From Octopus bimaculoides (Eukaryota), in NCBI RefSeq assembly GCF_001194135.2, contig NC_068981.1:114977647-115018389 (forward strand): 40,743 nucleotides of DNA. Reading direction: 5' to 3'. Shown here piece after piece: positions 24,401-32,832 of this stretch (its first letter is position 1; each line of letters starts with the position of its first letter). The position numbers and the translations under genes were made by a program. A model generated the notes under the pieces. That model did not search any database. It was given only the letters and a program-made list of their open reading frames with translations, and was not told where the DNA came from.

Positions 24401-27400
24401 ACAATTTTAAAGATGACTGCAGTACACACGTTTCATGCTACTCCATTTATTTAAGTAATGCGGGCATTACATTAAATGCAATATGTAGAGCAATCTTCAG
24501 CTGCACAGAAATGTAGAAAATTACAGTAGAATAGACATATTATAATTGTGGCAACATTTAAAATATAAGTGGGAAGAAGAATACATAAAAATCCATCTTG
24601 ACATAGCCAAGGCTAGCAGGCTAGTAATTAGTTTTTGGATAATATCATACTATATTCTGGTGCCTAAACATAAGTACCATATTCAATTTTGAATCTAAAT
24701 CTAAATATATATGTATATATATATATATATATATAAAGAATAAAGAGTTTTGAATGGTACAACAATGCACTATGATACAAAAAATGGACTATAAACCTGT
24801 TGTAATTTAGTTATCTATAGTCCAATGATATTTCGGAATACAATTCCTTCTTCAGATATTCTTAGATGGTGTCGCTGCTATAATCTTTTCCAATGGCTTT
24901 TCTTTATTCGGAAGTGTCTCAGCAGTGGTCTCACGAGGCTCCTTCTGAAATTCCTCATGAGAAGTTCATGAGGTCGGCTATGTCTCAACTTCGTGTGTGT
25001 TGGTACATTTGTAGCGCTGCTTCTAAGTTATGTGTTATACGTGCAGCTTCCTTTTTTTTTTGTTATAAGCAATAGATGAGCATATAAAAAATGAACCTAC
25101 ATGCATCTAGATGTAGCTAAATAATATATTGATTACCAATCTCCAGCCTGTTGTTAATTTGGGGTCATATATATCACCTTTAAAAGAAGACTATGCATAT
25201 AAAAATTAAGTCAGTACTTTTAAAAATACACGGACGTCACTTCTCAGATTTGCTTTCTTAAAATTTGGAGGTTTAGGTTTTGTAAAGACAATAATTATTT
25301 TCTTTTTCAGTATTTTAGTCCTTATTTATCTGCCGAAATGCATAAAATGGCAGATGCTTTTAATACAAATGTCAAAGATCTGGAAGATGAATTAATGCAG
25401 CTGATATTGGATGGGCAAATTAATGCTAGAATAGACTCCCACAACAAGGTATTATGATATTTATATTTTTTATATTATGGTGTTTTCTTTTCAGAAACAT
25501 TCAGCTTTCTCCAAATCATTTTCATTAGCTAAATTATGATTCTTTTAAAATAAACTCTCAGTTAGCATGCATTGTATGTAGTGATTGTGTTCAATCAATG
25601 CTACAATCAACCAGAGTATGTTAGCATAATTTTCTCAAATTGTTTTAATTACTACAAATATTGTATTGACACCATGTTTGAAAAATTAGTAAAGGAAAGA
25701 GCATTTAGCTGTAAAAACAAATACCCATTAATCACCAATATTATGTGTTGCAATGTTTGGAAATTGTCTTACCCATTCTGACATGGCAAAATGTTTGGAG
25801 AGAGTGCTTCACTTAAATTTTTTTTTCTATTCTATCTTGTGCTTATTATTTATGATGAACGATGATGATGATATCATTTAGCACTTTACATTGAAATACA
25901 ATGCTAAATTTGTAAGCTAATCTTTTGTTAAAAATTTCCTGTTAATCTCAAATAATTGTTTCAATGCAAGTCATATTAAAAAGATGTTTAGAGTTTCAGT
26001 TTGCAAAATCTGTTTTTTGCTCCACTCAGCATCACTTGACTCTGAGCAATGACAGTAGTTTGGTTAGTATTTTAGCTTAGTTTGAGGGCCATTACTAACA
26101 TGCCTTATAATTGCCAGTGTTGGAAAGTTGTTAATGAGAAAATATTCATGTAAATTTTTACCAGTGGAAATAATAATAATAAAACAAATATTGCAGAAAT
26201 ATATAAAATAATGAGCTTCTTTTTAGTTGTAAGTCTTGTATATACAAATCCTCTAAAAGGTTTTATAATGTTCATAGAAAATAAAAGCCTACCTAAGTTA
26301 TCATTAGGTTACTTTTATTGAGGATTAATATAGGTATGTAGAGATATTTAAAAAAATATTAAACCATAGAAGTCATACTTCTATATTATACTTTAGTTAG
26401 TGAATAATTCATTTGATTAACTGATTTTAGAGAATGAAACATTTAATCATCAAAACCTATTTGTTACCAACTCACCTGAGACTGCCTTTGTTTCTATGAA
26501 GCAAACTTTTGTTCTAACCTGATCTAAATTTAAATCTTCCTTCAATACTTTCTGTTCCACACTTATATAATAATGACAAAAATATTTTACTAAATTCTTC
26601 ATTATTTTAAAAATTAATTGAAACAATAGCAGTGTATTTTGAAAGAAATATGGTAACAAAAGGGTTAATGATACATTGGCTTTTATGAAGTATATAGTTA
26701 TATATATAAATAAGTCAACACACTACCTGGTGAAAATTGTATATAACGTAAGCTGCTTGAAGTTGATATTAATTAATGCCAGTTACTTTTAGATGTATAA
26801 GTATTGAAATTTATCATATCCATTATCTTTTTAGAAGGTTTTTGAATTTTTTTGTGTTTTAATTTGTATTGCAGCTTTAAGTTTACTCTTTTATTTCTTT
26901 AGATATTGTATGCTAAAGATATAGATCAACGTAGTTCAACTTTTGAAAAATCTATAGCAATGGGTCAGGAATATGAACGTCGAACAAAAGTAAGTATTAT
27001 TTAGAATAGTTGAATAAAATATTTCTGGCTTTCCCTCTCCTTTCTTAAGTGCTAAATTTCCATAGTACATTTGACTGGTTTAAATATTTTGAAATTGAAG
27101 GAATATTTCTTTAATTAATAAATATGTCTACCATCATCATCATCATCGATTAATGTCTGCTTTCCATGCTGGCATGGGTTGGATGGTTTGACTGAGGACT
27201 GGCAAGCCAGGAGGCTGCACCAGGCTCCAGTCAGATCTGGCAATGTTTCTACAGCTGGATGCCCTTCCTAATGCCAACCACTCCGAGAGTGTAGTGGGTG
27301 CTTTTTATGTGCCACTGGCATGGGAGCCAGTCGGGTGGGACCAGCATCGACCACGCTTGAATAATGCTTTTTATGTGCCACTAGCACAGGAGCCAGTGAG

Positions 27401-28654
27401 GCGGCACTGGCATCAACCATACTTGAATGGTGCTTTTTATGTACCACCAGCACTGGCATCAGCCACGCTCGAATGGTGCTTTTTATGTGCCAGTCAGGCA
27501 GTACTGGCATCAGCCACAACTACGATTTCATTTGACTCTACAGGTCTTCTCAAGTACATCATATTACCCGATGACTGAAGGGTACTTTTAAGCGGGCCGG
27601 TTATGCGACACTGGCATCAGCCATGGCTACGATCTCACTTGGCTTGCCAGGTCTTCTCAAGCACAGCATATCTCCAAATGTCTCAGTTGCTTGTCATTGC
27701 CTCTGTAAGGCCCATTGTTCGAAGGTCATGCTTCAGCACCTCTTCACATGTCTTCCTGGGTCTACCTCTTCCACAGGTTCCTTCCACTGTTAGGGTGTGA
27801 CACTTCTTCACACAACTGTCTTCATCCATATGCAACACATGACCATACCAGCACAGTCTCTTGCACACCACATCTGATGCTTCTTATGTTCAACTTTTCT
27901 CTCAGGGCACTTACACTCTGTTGTGTATGCACACTGACATTACACATCCATGGAGCATACTATCTTCATTTCTTTCAAGCCTACACATGTCCTCAGCAGT
28001 CACAGCCCATGTTTCATTGCCGTGTAGCATGGCTGTTTGCACACATGCATCATACAGTTTACCTTTCATTCTGAACGAGAGGCCCTTTGTTACCAGCAGA
28101 GGTAGGAGCTCCCTGAACTTTACCCAGGCTATTCTTATTCTAGCAGCTATGCTCTTAGAGCATCCACCCCTGCTACTGACTTGGTCACCCAGGTAACAGA
28201 AGCTATCAACTATTTCTAGTTTTCCCCCTGGCATGTGATGGAATCTGTTTTCTGTACATCTTCACTGTGCATCTGTCACACACAAAAACTATCTTCTCAG
28301 TTAATCTTCCTTTGATATTGCTGCACCTCTTATGTGTCCATAGCTTATACCTGGTACTTCTTTTGGAGTTTCTACCTATGCCTTTTCTACAGATTGAGCA
28401 GAATGAAAATCAAAATATAGTCTACCTACCAGACTTTGATGGACTTTGAAGGAATAAAGCTTTTTGTATGAAAATTATTCACTGATTGGGCCATTTAAAA
28501 TAATGAATGAATATTTACATAACTAGATTTCATTCATATTTTATTTATTTTTCATTCTAAATTTAAACTAATTTTTATAATTTTGAAATTGATTTCTTCC
28601 TTGTAGGCATTGATATTAAGGTCAGCTATGTTGAAATATCAAGTCCAGGTGAAG
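2682..28654 (+). CDS. GPS1: COP9 signalosome complex subunit 1 (CSN1/GPS1), multi-exon, 5'- and 3'-partial. join(2682-2774,6993-7168,12037-12186,14419-14554,15192-15269,18065-18196,18528-18622,19637-19742,20170-20250,25311-25448,26903-26989,28607-28654)
   Basis: Twelve exons with AG/GT boundaries and compatible phases total 1320 nt (440 codons, no stop). Translation contains recognisable CSN1 motifs: [68 protein letters not shown], and the PCI winged helix [30 protein letters not shown]. Confidence 0.97.
2905..3115 (-). mobile_element. tRNA-derived SINE (family with ggtgagctggcagaa head)
   Basis: Reverse complement aligns along its length with the copies at 13193-13400 and 32851-33070; box B-like gttcaaatt. 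Confidence 0.8.
3228..5505 (-). mobile_element. Old, heavily decayed RTE LINE
   Basis: Minus-strand remnants read ELLYAN (YADD equivalent, about 4000-4040) and [18 protein letters not shown] (about 3590-3670), collinear with the younger RTE copies. Boundaries are approximate. Confidence 0.65.
5519..5710 (-). mobile_element. RTE LINE 3' end, running into a gap
   Basis: (CAT)n tail then gtttaacgtccgctttccatgc; same family as 2278-2579 in the opposite orientation. Confidence 0.8.
6055..6345 (-). mobile_element. tRNA-headed SINE (CORE-like centre)
   Basis: Minus strand: tagtggttagg (box A), gggttcaattccc (box B), then ttgtgttcttgagcaaaacatttcacttcacattgctc. A related fragment lies at 8358-8470. 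Confidence 0.7.
6572..6795. mobile_element. piggyBac-like MITE, family 1, degenerate copy
   Basis: Aligns along its length with 26456-26664; ends ...caaaagag|TTAA. Confidence 0.7.
6993..7168 (+). CDS. GPS1: CSN1 exon (DLDSYAKQY...QIHRRLQD), phase 0/2
   Basis: tttcag acceptor and gtgagt donor at 7169; [22 protein letters not shown] motif. Confidence 0.95.
7435..7670. repeat. Interspersed SINE-like repeat followed by CA/CCAT/TA microsatellites (to about 7722)
   Basis: GC-richer island (ggccatgctggggcactgcc...gaaccactaagttacaggg) resembling a common cephalopod repeat. Recognised from memory; only one copy is in this window. Confidence 0.5.
7835..8051. other. Assembly gap (others at 5711-5720, 30355-30414, 31387-31396, 32208-32589)
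   Basis: Runs of N. Confidence 1.
8172..8357 (-). mobile_element. RTE LINE 3' end
   Basis: (CAT)n tail plus the same 3'UTR as 5519-5710; abuts a SINE fragment at 8358-8470. Confidence 0.75.
8822..10290 (-). mobile_element. RTE LINE 3' portion (RT C-terminus plus long purine-rich 3'UTR)
   Basis: ORF 9960-10289 reads [40 protein letters not shown]; tail catcatcgtttaacgtc at 8822. Confidence 0.85.
10865..11600 (+). mobile_element. Decayed RTE LINE fragment
   Basis: [17 protein letters not shown] at about 10885, then RELL.LL..GR.., LRNSE and GTCGR motifs. Confidence 0.75.
12037..12186 (+). CDS. GPS1: CSN1 exon (PSTLPDAV...[12 protein letters not shown]), phase 2/2
   Basis: tttcag acceptor and gtaaga donor at 12187; [13 protein letters not shown] motif. 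Confidence 0.95.
12421..12510. repeat. Compound (GA)n(CA)n(CT)n microsatellite
   Basis: Read directly from the sequence. Confidence 0.95.
13193..13400 (+). mobile_element. tRNA-derived SINE
   Basis: ggtgagctggcagaatcgttagc...gttcaaattcc...gttgataaaataagtacc; possible diverged TSD (attttactaagaactaa / attttgttaagaactca). Confidence 0.8.
13635..13680 (-). ncRNA. Degenerate type I hammerhead ribozyme (inverted copy)
   Basis: ctgtca CUGAAGC ... AAAA ucacguuau C uaacag. Core is mutated (A9->C, G12->A); stem I is near intact. Homologous to 14087-14132. Confidence 0.55.
14087..14132 (+). ncRNA. Type I hammerhead ribozyme motif, core intact, stem I eroded
   Basis: CUGAUGA 14093-14099, stem II aacc/ggtt, GAAA 14113-14116, stem III AUCA(ca)UGAU, H17=U at 14126. 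Confidence 0.65.
14419..14554 (+). CDS. GPS1: CSN1 exon ([10 protein letters not shown]...MCLNVIK), phase 2/0
   Basis: ttctag acceptor and gtattg donor at 14555; [10 protein letters not shown] motif. Confidence 0.96.
15192..15269 (+). CDS. GPS1: CSN1 exon ([26 protein letters not shown]), phase 0/0
   Basis: tttcacag acceptor and gtaaag donor at 15270; VSVYL.NWSHV motif. Confidence 0.95.
16116..16244 (+). ncRNA. Degenerate hammerhead-like motif with long stem II
   Basis: ccct CUGAAGA (16122-16128) a gcctaggggca...tgcctcatggt a GAAA (16229-16232) cg GUC ata aggg. Stem I register is imperfect. Confidence 0.35.
16500..17753 (+). mobile_element. Full-length mariner (Tc1/mariner, DD34D-type) transposon with a pseudogenised transposase (about 16655-17675)
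   Basis: TIRs of about 28 bp (gggtcatcccataaacaatgcgg / reverse complement of ctgcattatttatgggatgaccc), flanking TA, length about 1.25 kb. Motifs WAPHKL, VTGDEK, QDNARPH and [13 protein letters not shown] are broken by stops and frameshifts. Confidence 0.93.
18065..18196 (+). CDS. GPS1: CSN1 exon ([16 protein letters not shown]...FKYPE), phase 0/0
   Basis: T-rich CAG acceptor (tandem CAG-AAG-GAG) and gtaatt donor at 18197. Confidence 0.94.
18528..18622 (+). CDS. GPS1: CSN1 exon ([31 protein letters not shown]), phase 0/2
   Basis: tttcaag (AAG) acceptor and gtaagt donor at 18623. Confidence 0.94.
19080..19440 (-). mobile_element. RTE LINE C-terminal/3'UTR fragment
   Basis: [27 protein letters not shown] on the minus strand. 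Confidence 0.8.
19637..19742 (+). CDS. GPS1: CSN1 exon ([16 protein letters not shown]...LLDEIK), phase 2/0
   Basis: ttgcag acceptor and gtaagt donor at 19743. Confidence 0.95.
20170..20250 (+). CDS. GPS1: CSN1 exon ([27 protein letters not shown]), phase 0/0
   Basis: ttttag acceptor and gtaaat donor at 20251. Confidence 0.95.
21158..22600 (-). mobile_element. Old RTE LINE 3' portion
   Basis: CAT tail and 3'UTR motif (cttcctaacaccaaccactttacagagtgta), purine-rich UTR, and degenerate RT C-terminus at about 22170-22600. Boundaries are approximate. Confidence 0.6.
23385..23550 (+). mobile_element. tRNA-derived SINE with (TG)n tail
   Basis: Box A/B-like head (ggttgaaaagtttgctttccaaccatgtggttttgggctcagtccc) and body shared with 39065-39330. 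Confidence 0.65.
24418..24505 (-). ncRNA. Type I hammerhead ribozyme, apparently intact
   Basis: Minus strand: stem I ugcag/cugca (5 bp), CUGAAGA (24500-24494), long stem II including guaaug/cauuac, GAAA (24434-24431), stem III AC-gugu-GU, GUA cleavage between 24423 and 24422. Confidence 0.8.
24822..24862 (-). ncRNA. Hammerhead-like motif, core intact, stem I poor
   Basis: CUGAAGA (24855-24849) a ggaau-ugu-auucc GAAA (24834-24831) uaUC; only 2 bp of stem I. Confidence 0.4.
25311..25448 (+). CDS. GPS1: CSN1 exon, PCI domain ([10 protein letters not shown]...IDSHNK), phase 0/0
   Basis: tttttcag acceptor and gtatta donor at 25449. Confidence 0.96.
26456..26664. mobile_element. piggyBac-like MITE, family 1
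   Basis: TIR cctatttgttacca versus cccttttgttacca (12/14); right end GGG|TTAA. Confidence 0.75.
26903..26989 (+). CDS. GPS1: CSN1 exon ([29 protein letters not shown]), phase 0/0
   Basis: ttctttag acceptor and gtaagt donor at 26990. Confidence 0.95.
27131..28455 (-). mobile_element. RTE LINE 3' portion with VNTR in the 3'UTR
   Basis: ORFs [37 protein letters not shown] and [16 protein letters not shown] are contiguous with the 3'UTR and (GAT)n tail at 27131-27146. Confidence 0.9.
28607..28654 (+). CDS. GPS1: CSN1 exon ([16 protein letters not shown]), phase 0/0; last exon located
   Basis: ttccttgtag acceptor and gtaagc donor at 28655; corresponds to the A.MLRAA.L..Q..VK segment of CSN1. 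Confidence 0.9.
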
Positions 28655-29603
28655 GTAAGCAGAGATTGAATTAACTCTAGAATAGCTATGAAACAAATTT
28701 ATTTCATTTTCCCCATTTTTAGGTTGCATAACAAATAAATTTTACTTCCTATTTTAAACATTCCATTTTGCTTATTGCCACCCATCCATTTATTTAGCAA
28801 ATTAACTGACTAATTCGCTTACAAACAAAAGTAGATTTTCAAAATGTATGCGACAAATATTTTGAACTTTATGAATATGAAGTTAAATGATTGATTTGAT
28901 ATGCAGCAATATTTTGATTTCATCTCGTTTTCTGTCATGGGTTATCAATTATGCTAAAGCATAAAACATTAGTTCCAAAGCTGCTGTGCTTATTGTTTAC
29001 TCCTAATTTCAAAGCTGGGTATGATAGTTTTGGAATTTTTGATACAGATGACATTTTAAAGTATTTTTTTATCAATAGGTATCAATATTGTTATTTCCAT
29101 AAGTAATACATACCCATCTATATGAGATGTTTGATTATTGATATTATCAAAATATCCCTTCAAATTTGTATTATAAATTTGTGAAATATTATGTAGAAAT
29201 TTTCTAAAACCTATCTTTCTGAAGAGAAATTATCTGATTCTGTTTATGTACTGTCTCAAGTATAGATTTTAAAAATTTGTGAAAAGCTATTGAAAATTTT
29301 TGAGACACATTGATAAGGAAAAATTGACCAAATTGTATATTTGTTGAGTTCATCTGCCTCTTAAGTATAAAATACAACATTTATAACTTGATTAATTTTA
29401 TGTAAATTTTTATCCTTCTGTCAGTATTGTTTGCAATTTTTAATTCAAAAACTCTTAATCTTTGTTATCAGTATTTATAACAATTATCAATAATTTTTGG
29501 AAACATTTAACTGACATCTTCTTTTAGCCCATTGTTCAAACCAAGTAGTTTTAAACAAAGTTTGCTGATGGAAGATGAGAAACATAACACTATTTTGTTT
29601 AAA

Positions 29604-29831
29604 CCCTTTAGCATTCAGATTATTCTGTCAAGTGTGATGCTTATTTATTCACATTGCTTTGAATTAATTGTGAATTATCTCATTGTTTTGAGATTTCAAT
29701 GGTATGATTGTTTATTTTTAGAATTTAGAATGACAATGTATAGTAGATGTAAGAACTTGGACCTGACCAGTTTGAACAAAAAAAAAGATAGAATATTTGG
29801 GCCAGATATGGCCTGTTTGAATGCTAAAGGG
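29604..29831. mobile_element. piggyBac-like MITE, family 2
   Basis: Perfect 14-bp TIR CCCTTTAGCATTCA / TGAATGCTAAAGGG; TTAA at 29832-29835 and TAAA on the left. Confidence 0.85.
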
Positions 29832-30601
29832 TTAAGTTAATTTTGTTTTTAAATTGAAAAAAATTGAAAATTAGAAAAAAAATTTGTAAAATTTACAATA
29901 AAAATTGTATCCATTATAGTCCTTCCTTTATCTTGGAAGAATTTGTACAAAGAATTCTTAAAAAAAGTTATCTTGTGTACAGATTTTATATTTTTTATTT
30001 AGATAATATTTTCAACTTTTCCAAATGGCTGTATGTAGTTTATCTTGTTAAATCTCTCACAATATTTTTGTGAATTTTTTTTTATAATCTGTTTGAAGGA
30101 ATTAAAAAAAGAAGCAAATGATTGTTGATAAGGAATTATAGGTTTTGAAATAAGGAAAACAAAGACAAAATATATTTTATCCTTATTATATATATGTTTA
30201 CCATATTTCATAGATGATTACCATATAGTTTTGATGGCCAAGTGTTTATTCGATTTTTTTTTCCATACTTTTTTTTATTCAAATGCTTGTTTTTTTTTTT
30301 GTCATAAACTCACAATAAACAATTTGTATTATTTAATATATATATATATATATANNNNNNNNNNNNNNNNNNNNNNNNNNNNNNNNNNNNNNNNNNNNNN
30401 NNNNNNNNNNNNNNCCGATCTTTCTTGCTTTCTTTTTCTACCTCAATGATGCATAGTAGTTATTGACTGCAAACTAGTGTTCAAACTGTGCTTTATTCTG
30501 TACGCACATTTAGTGACATACTTCAATCTATGTTGCCTAGATGACTGTAGTATTTCACTTGTACATGTTTAGTTAATATTAGATACAATACCCATCTGTA
30601 A

Positions 30602-30607
30602 ATAAAG
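30602..30607 (+). terminator. Candidate polyadenylation signal for CSN1 (another AATAAA at 31553-31558)
   Basis: AATAAA in TE-free, UTR-like sequence downstream of the last exon found. AATAAA is common in AT-rich DNA, so support is weak. Confidence 0.25.
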
Positions 30608-31913
30608 TGCTTGCTCAGACAATATATGCATTTTTAGAATCTCCTCAATTTATGATCAGTAATATGTTTTACTTTTTAGCTTCATATAACATGTGATAGC
30701 AATGATGATAAACTGTACATTGTATAAGTATCCTTGTTGGACTACATATTTCCAGATATCTTTTTGTAAATTAAAAATCATTTTAAAGAAAATCATCATT
30801 GTAGTTGTTTCATGAACATTGTACAGGATTGGAAGAGTAGGAAATCAGTTTGCGTGTAGTTTTAAATGGTGCTGAAGTACCATGCTGTCTGAATTAGTGA
30901 GTGGAAGCTTTGGTTCTGTGATGAGGTCAGCATTTACACTGAAAATCCAAAGAACAGGTTCCTCCCAGTTCAGACAAAATATACAAAACATCAAAATTCA
31001 TTATACACATTCTTGAAAGTTCATGGTAATTTCAGTTTTGCAATATTATACTTTGATTAAATAGAACCTATTGAATTGCTTATTTATATTCTAAATTCTA
31101 GACACGGATAGTATTTTAAATTCACAATAATGTCAAACCCTTATTTGTCTCAAATTTACATTTGTTATTTTAAATGTTAACTTTTGGTTCAGCTCATTTT
31201 GTATGATCATTTTGTACCACAGCATGTTGAAATATAGCAAGCAATTTCATATTTGTTCCTAGCAGAATATTTTTTTGTTTTAAAATATTTAAATTGATTT
31301 TTTTTTAAATGTTCAAATGCTGTTATTTATATATTCCAAGGTATTTTGATCTGCGTGATCTTTTGTGCCCTTCACAGACTCATATANNNNNNNNNNATAT
31401 ATATATATGAGAAGCTGTATTTGGTGATTATAGTAAATTTGGTTTATGTTAATGGCTTTAGTAACATAAATAGGTTTTATGGAGGCTTTTGTTTGTCTAT
31501 CTTGCTGTTTTTCTACTATTTCATGTTTATGTAAACATGTCTAAATGTATTCAATAAAAGGATAATGTAAACTAAACTAAGCAGCTAGGAGGAAATAAAA
31601 ATGGTGAATAATGAAAGTTACTCATGATGTGTGTGTGTGTGAATGAATCATATAGGATAAAACAAGTTTTTAGTTAGGTATGTTCTTGTTGTCTACCTTC
31701 CAAATTCTTGTCTTTTGACAATCTTGACAGGCTACCCATGTTAATGTCAGTGTTCCTTTACATTTTTTTCCATGAACTGTTGATATTTTATGATATACTT
31801 TATGGTGTGAAAATTGAGGAAACATTGTATCCATGAGAATTTAGTTATAGTAGAAAAATATTAAATCCATATTTCTGGTTATGCTTATATATGCTGTCTG
31901 AAGTATACAACAG

Positions 31914-31919
31914 TATATA

Positions 31920-31973
<54 letters not shown>

Positions 31974-31982
31974 TATATATAT
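31914..31982. repeat. (ATT)n(AT)n microsatellite
   Basis: Read directly from the sequence. Confidence 0.95.
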
Positions 31983-32009
31983 TTAAGAATTTAAGGATTG
32001 GAGAAAACG

Positions 32010-32207
32010 CATGTTATAATTGCATACTTTATTCCTACATATGTTTCAAAGGATTACAACCTGTGTGATCCATAGGGATCTTTGATATTAAAATTGTAAC
32101 CTTCCCTGATGAGAAGGTTACAATTTTAATATCAAAGATCCCTATGGATCACACAGGTTGTAATCCTTTGAAACATACGTAGGAATAAAATATGCAATTA
32201 TAACATG
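32010..32207. repeat. Near-perfect palindrome: 95-bp arms, 8-nt loop, 2 mismatches, running into a gap
   Basis: 32010-32104 versus 32113-32207; mismatches at 32027/32190 and 32039/32178; loop CCTGATGA. Confidence 0.95.
32102..32185 (+). ncRNA. Type I hammerhead ribozyme, apparently intact
   Basis: Stem I uucc/ggaa, CUGAUGA 32106-32112, stem II 32113-32123/32158-32169 (11 bp, one bulge), GAAA 32170-32173, stem III AC-auac-GU, GUA cleavage after 32181. Confidence 0.8.
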
Positions 32208-32832
32208 NNNNNNNNNNNNNNNNNNNNNNNNNNNNNNNNNNNNNNNNNNNNNNNNNNNNNNNNNNNNNNNNNNNNNNNNNNNNNNNNNNNNNNNNNNNNN
32301 NNNNNNNNNNNNNNNNNNNNNNNNNNNNNNNNNNNNNNNNNNNNNNNNNNNNNNNNNNNNNNNNNNNNNNNNNNNNNNNNNNNNNNNNNNNNNNNNNNNN
32401 NNNNNNNNNNNNNNNNNNNNNNNNNNNNNNNNNNNNNNNNNNNNNNNNNNNNNNNNNNNNNNNNNNNNNNNNNNNNNNNNNNNNNNNNNNNNNNNNNNNN
32501 NNNNNNNNNNNNNNNNNNNNNNNNNNNNNNNNNNNNNNNNNNNNNNNNNNNNNNNNNNNNNNNNNNNNNNNNNNNNNNNNNNNNNNNNNTATATATAAAT
32601 CTAAGATCCAGGGATCATGTTGTAAGAAGATAGTTAGCTTTAAGCAATCTGTAGTAAATATAAAAAACAGCTTGCAAGGACAATAGTGGTTTATTGAGAT
32701 GGAAAGATGTGGATTTTTTGATATCGGAGTACAATAAGCTGAAAAAAGTTCTTTTTGTATTCCACAGCAGGCGACCAGGGTTGCTGGGTGTGCGAATAAG
32801 AATACAAGAGTTATGGAATGGAGTAGATAAGA

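Noticed and set aside
27295-27530. Repeat-spacer-like pattern superficially like a CRISPR array
   Set aside because: Eukaryotic context, the spacers are similar to each other, there are no cas genes, and it lies within a LINE 3'UTR.
30826-31035. Candidate CSN1 last exons (DWKSRKSVCV* after gtacag; VPPSSDK... after gaacag)
   Set aside because: No similarity to the expected C-terminus, and the second has no polypyrimidine tract.
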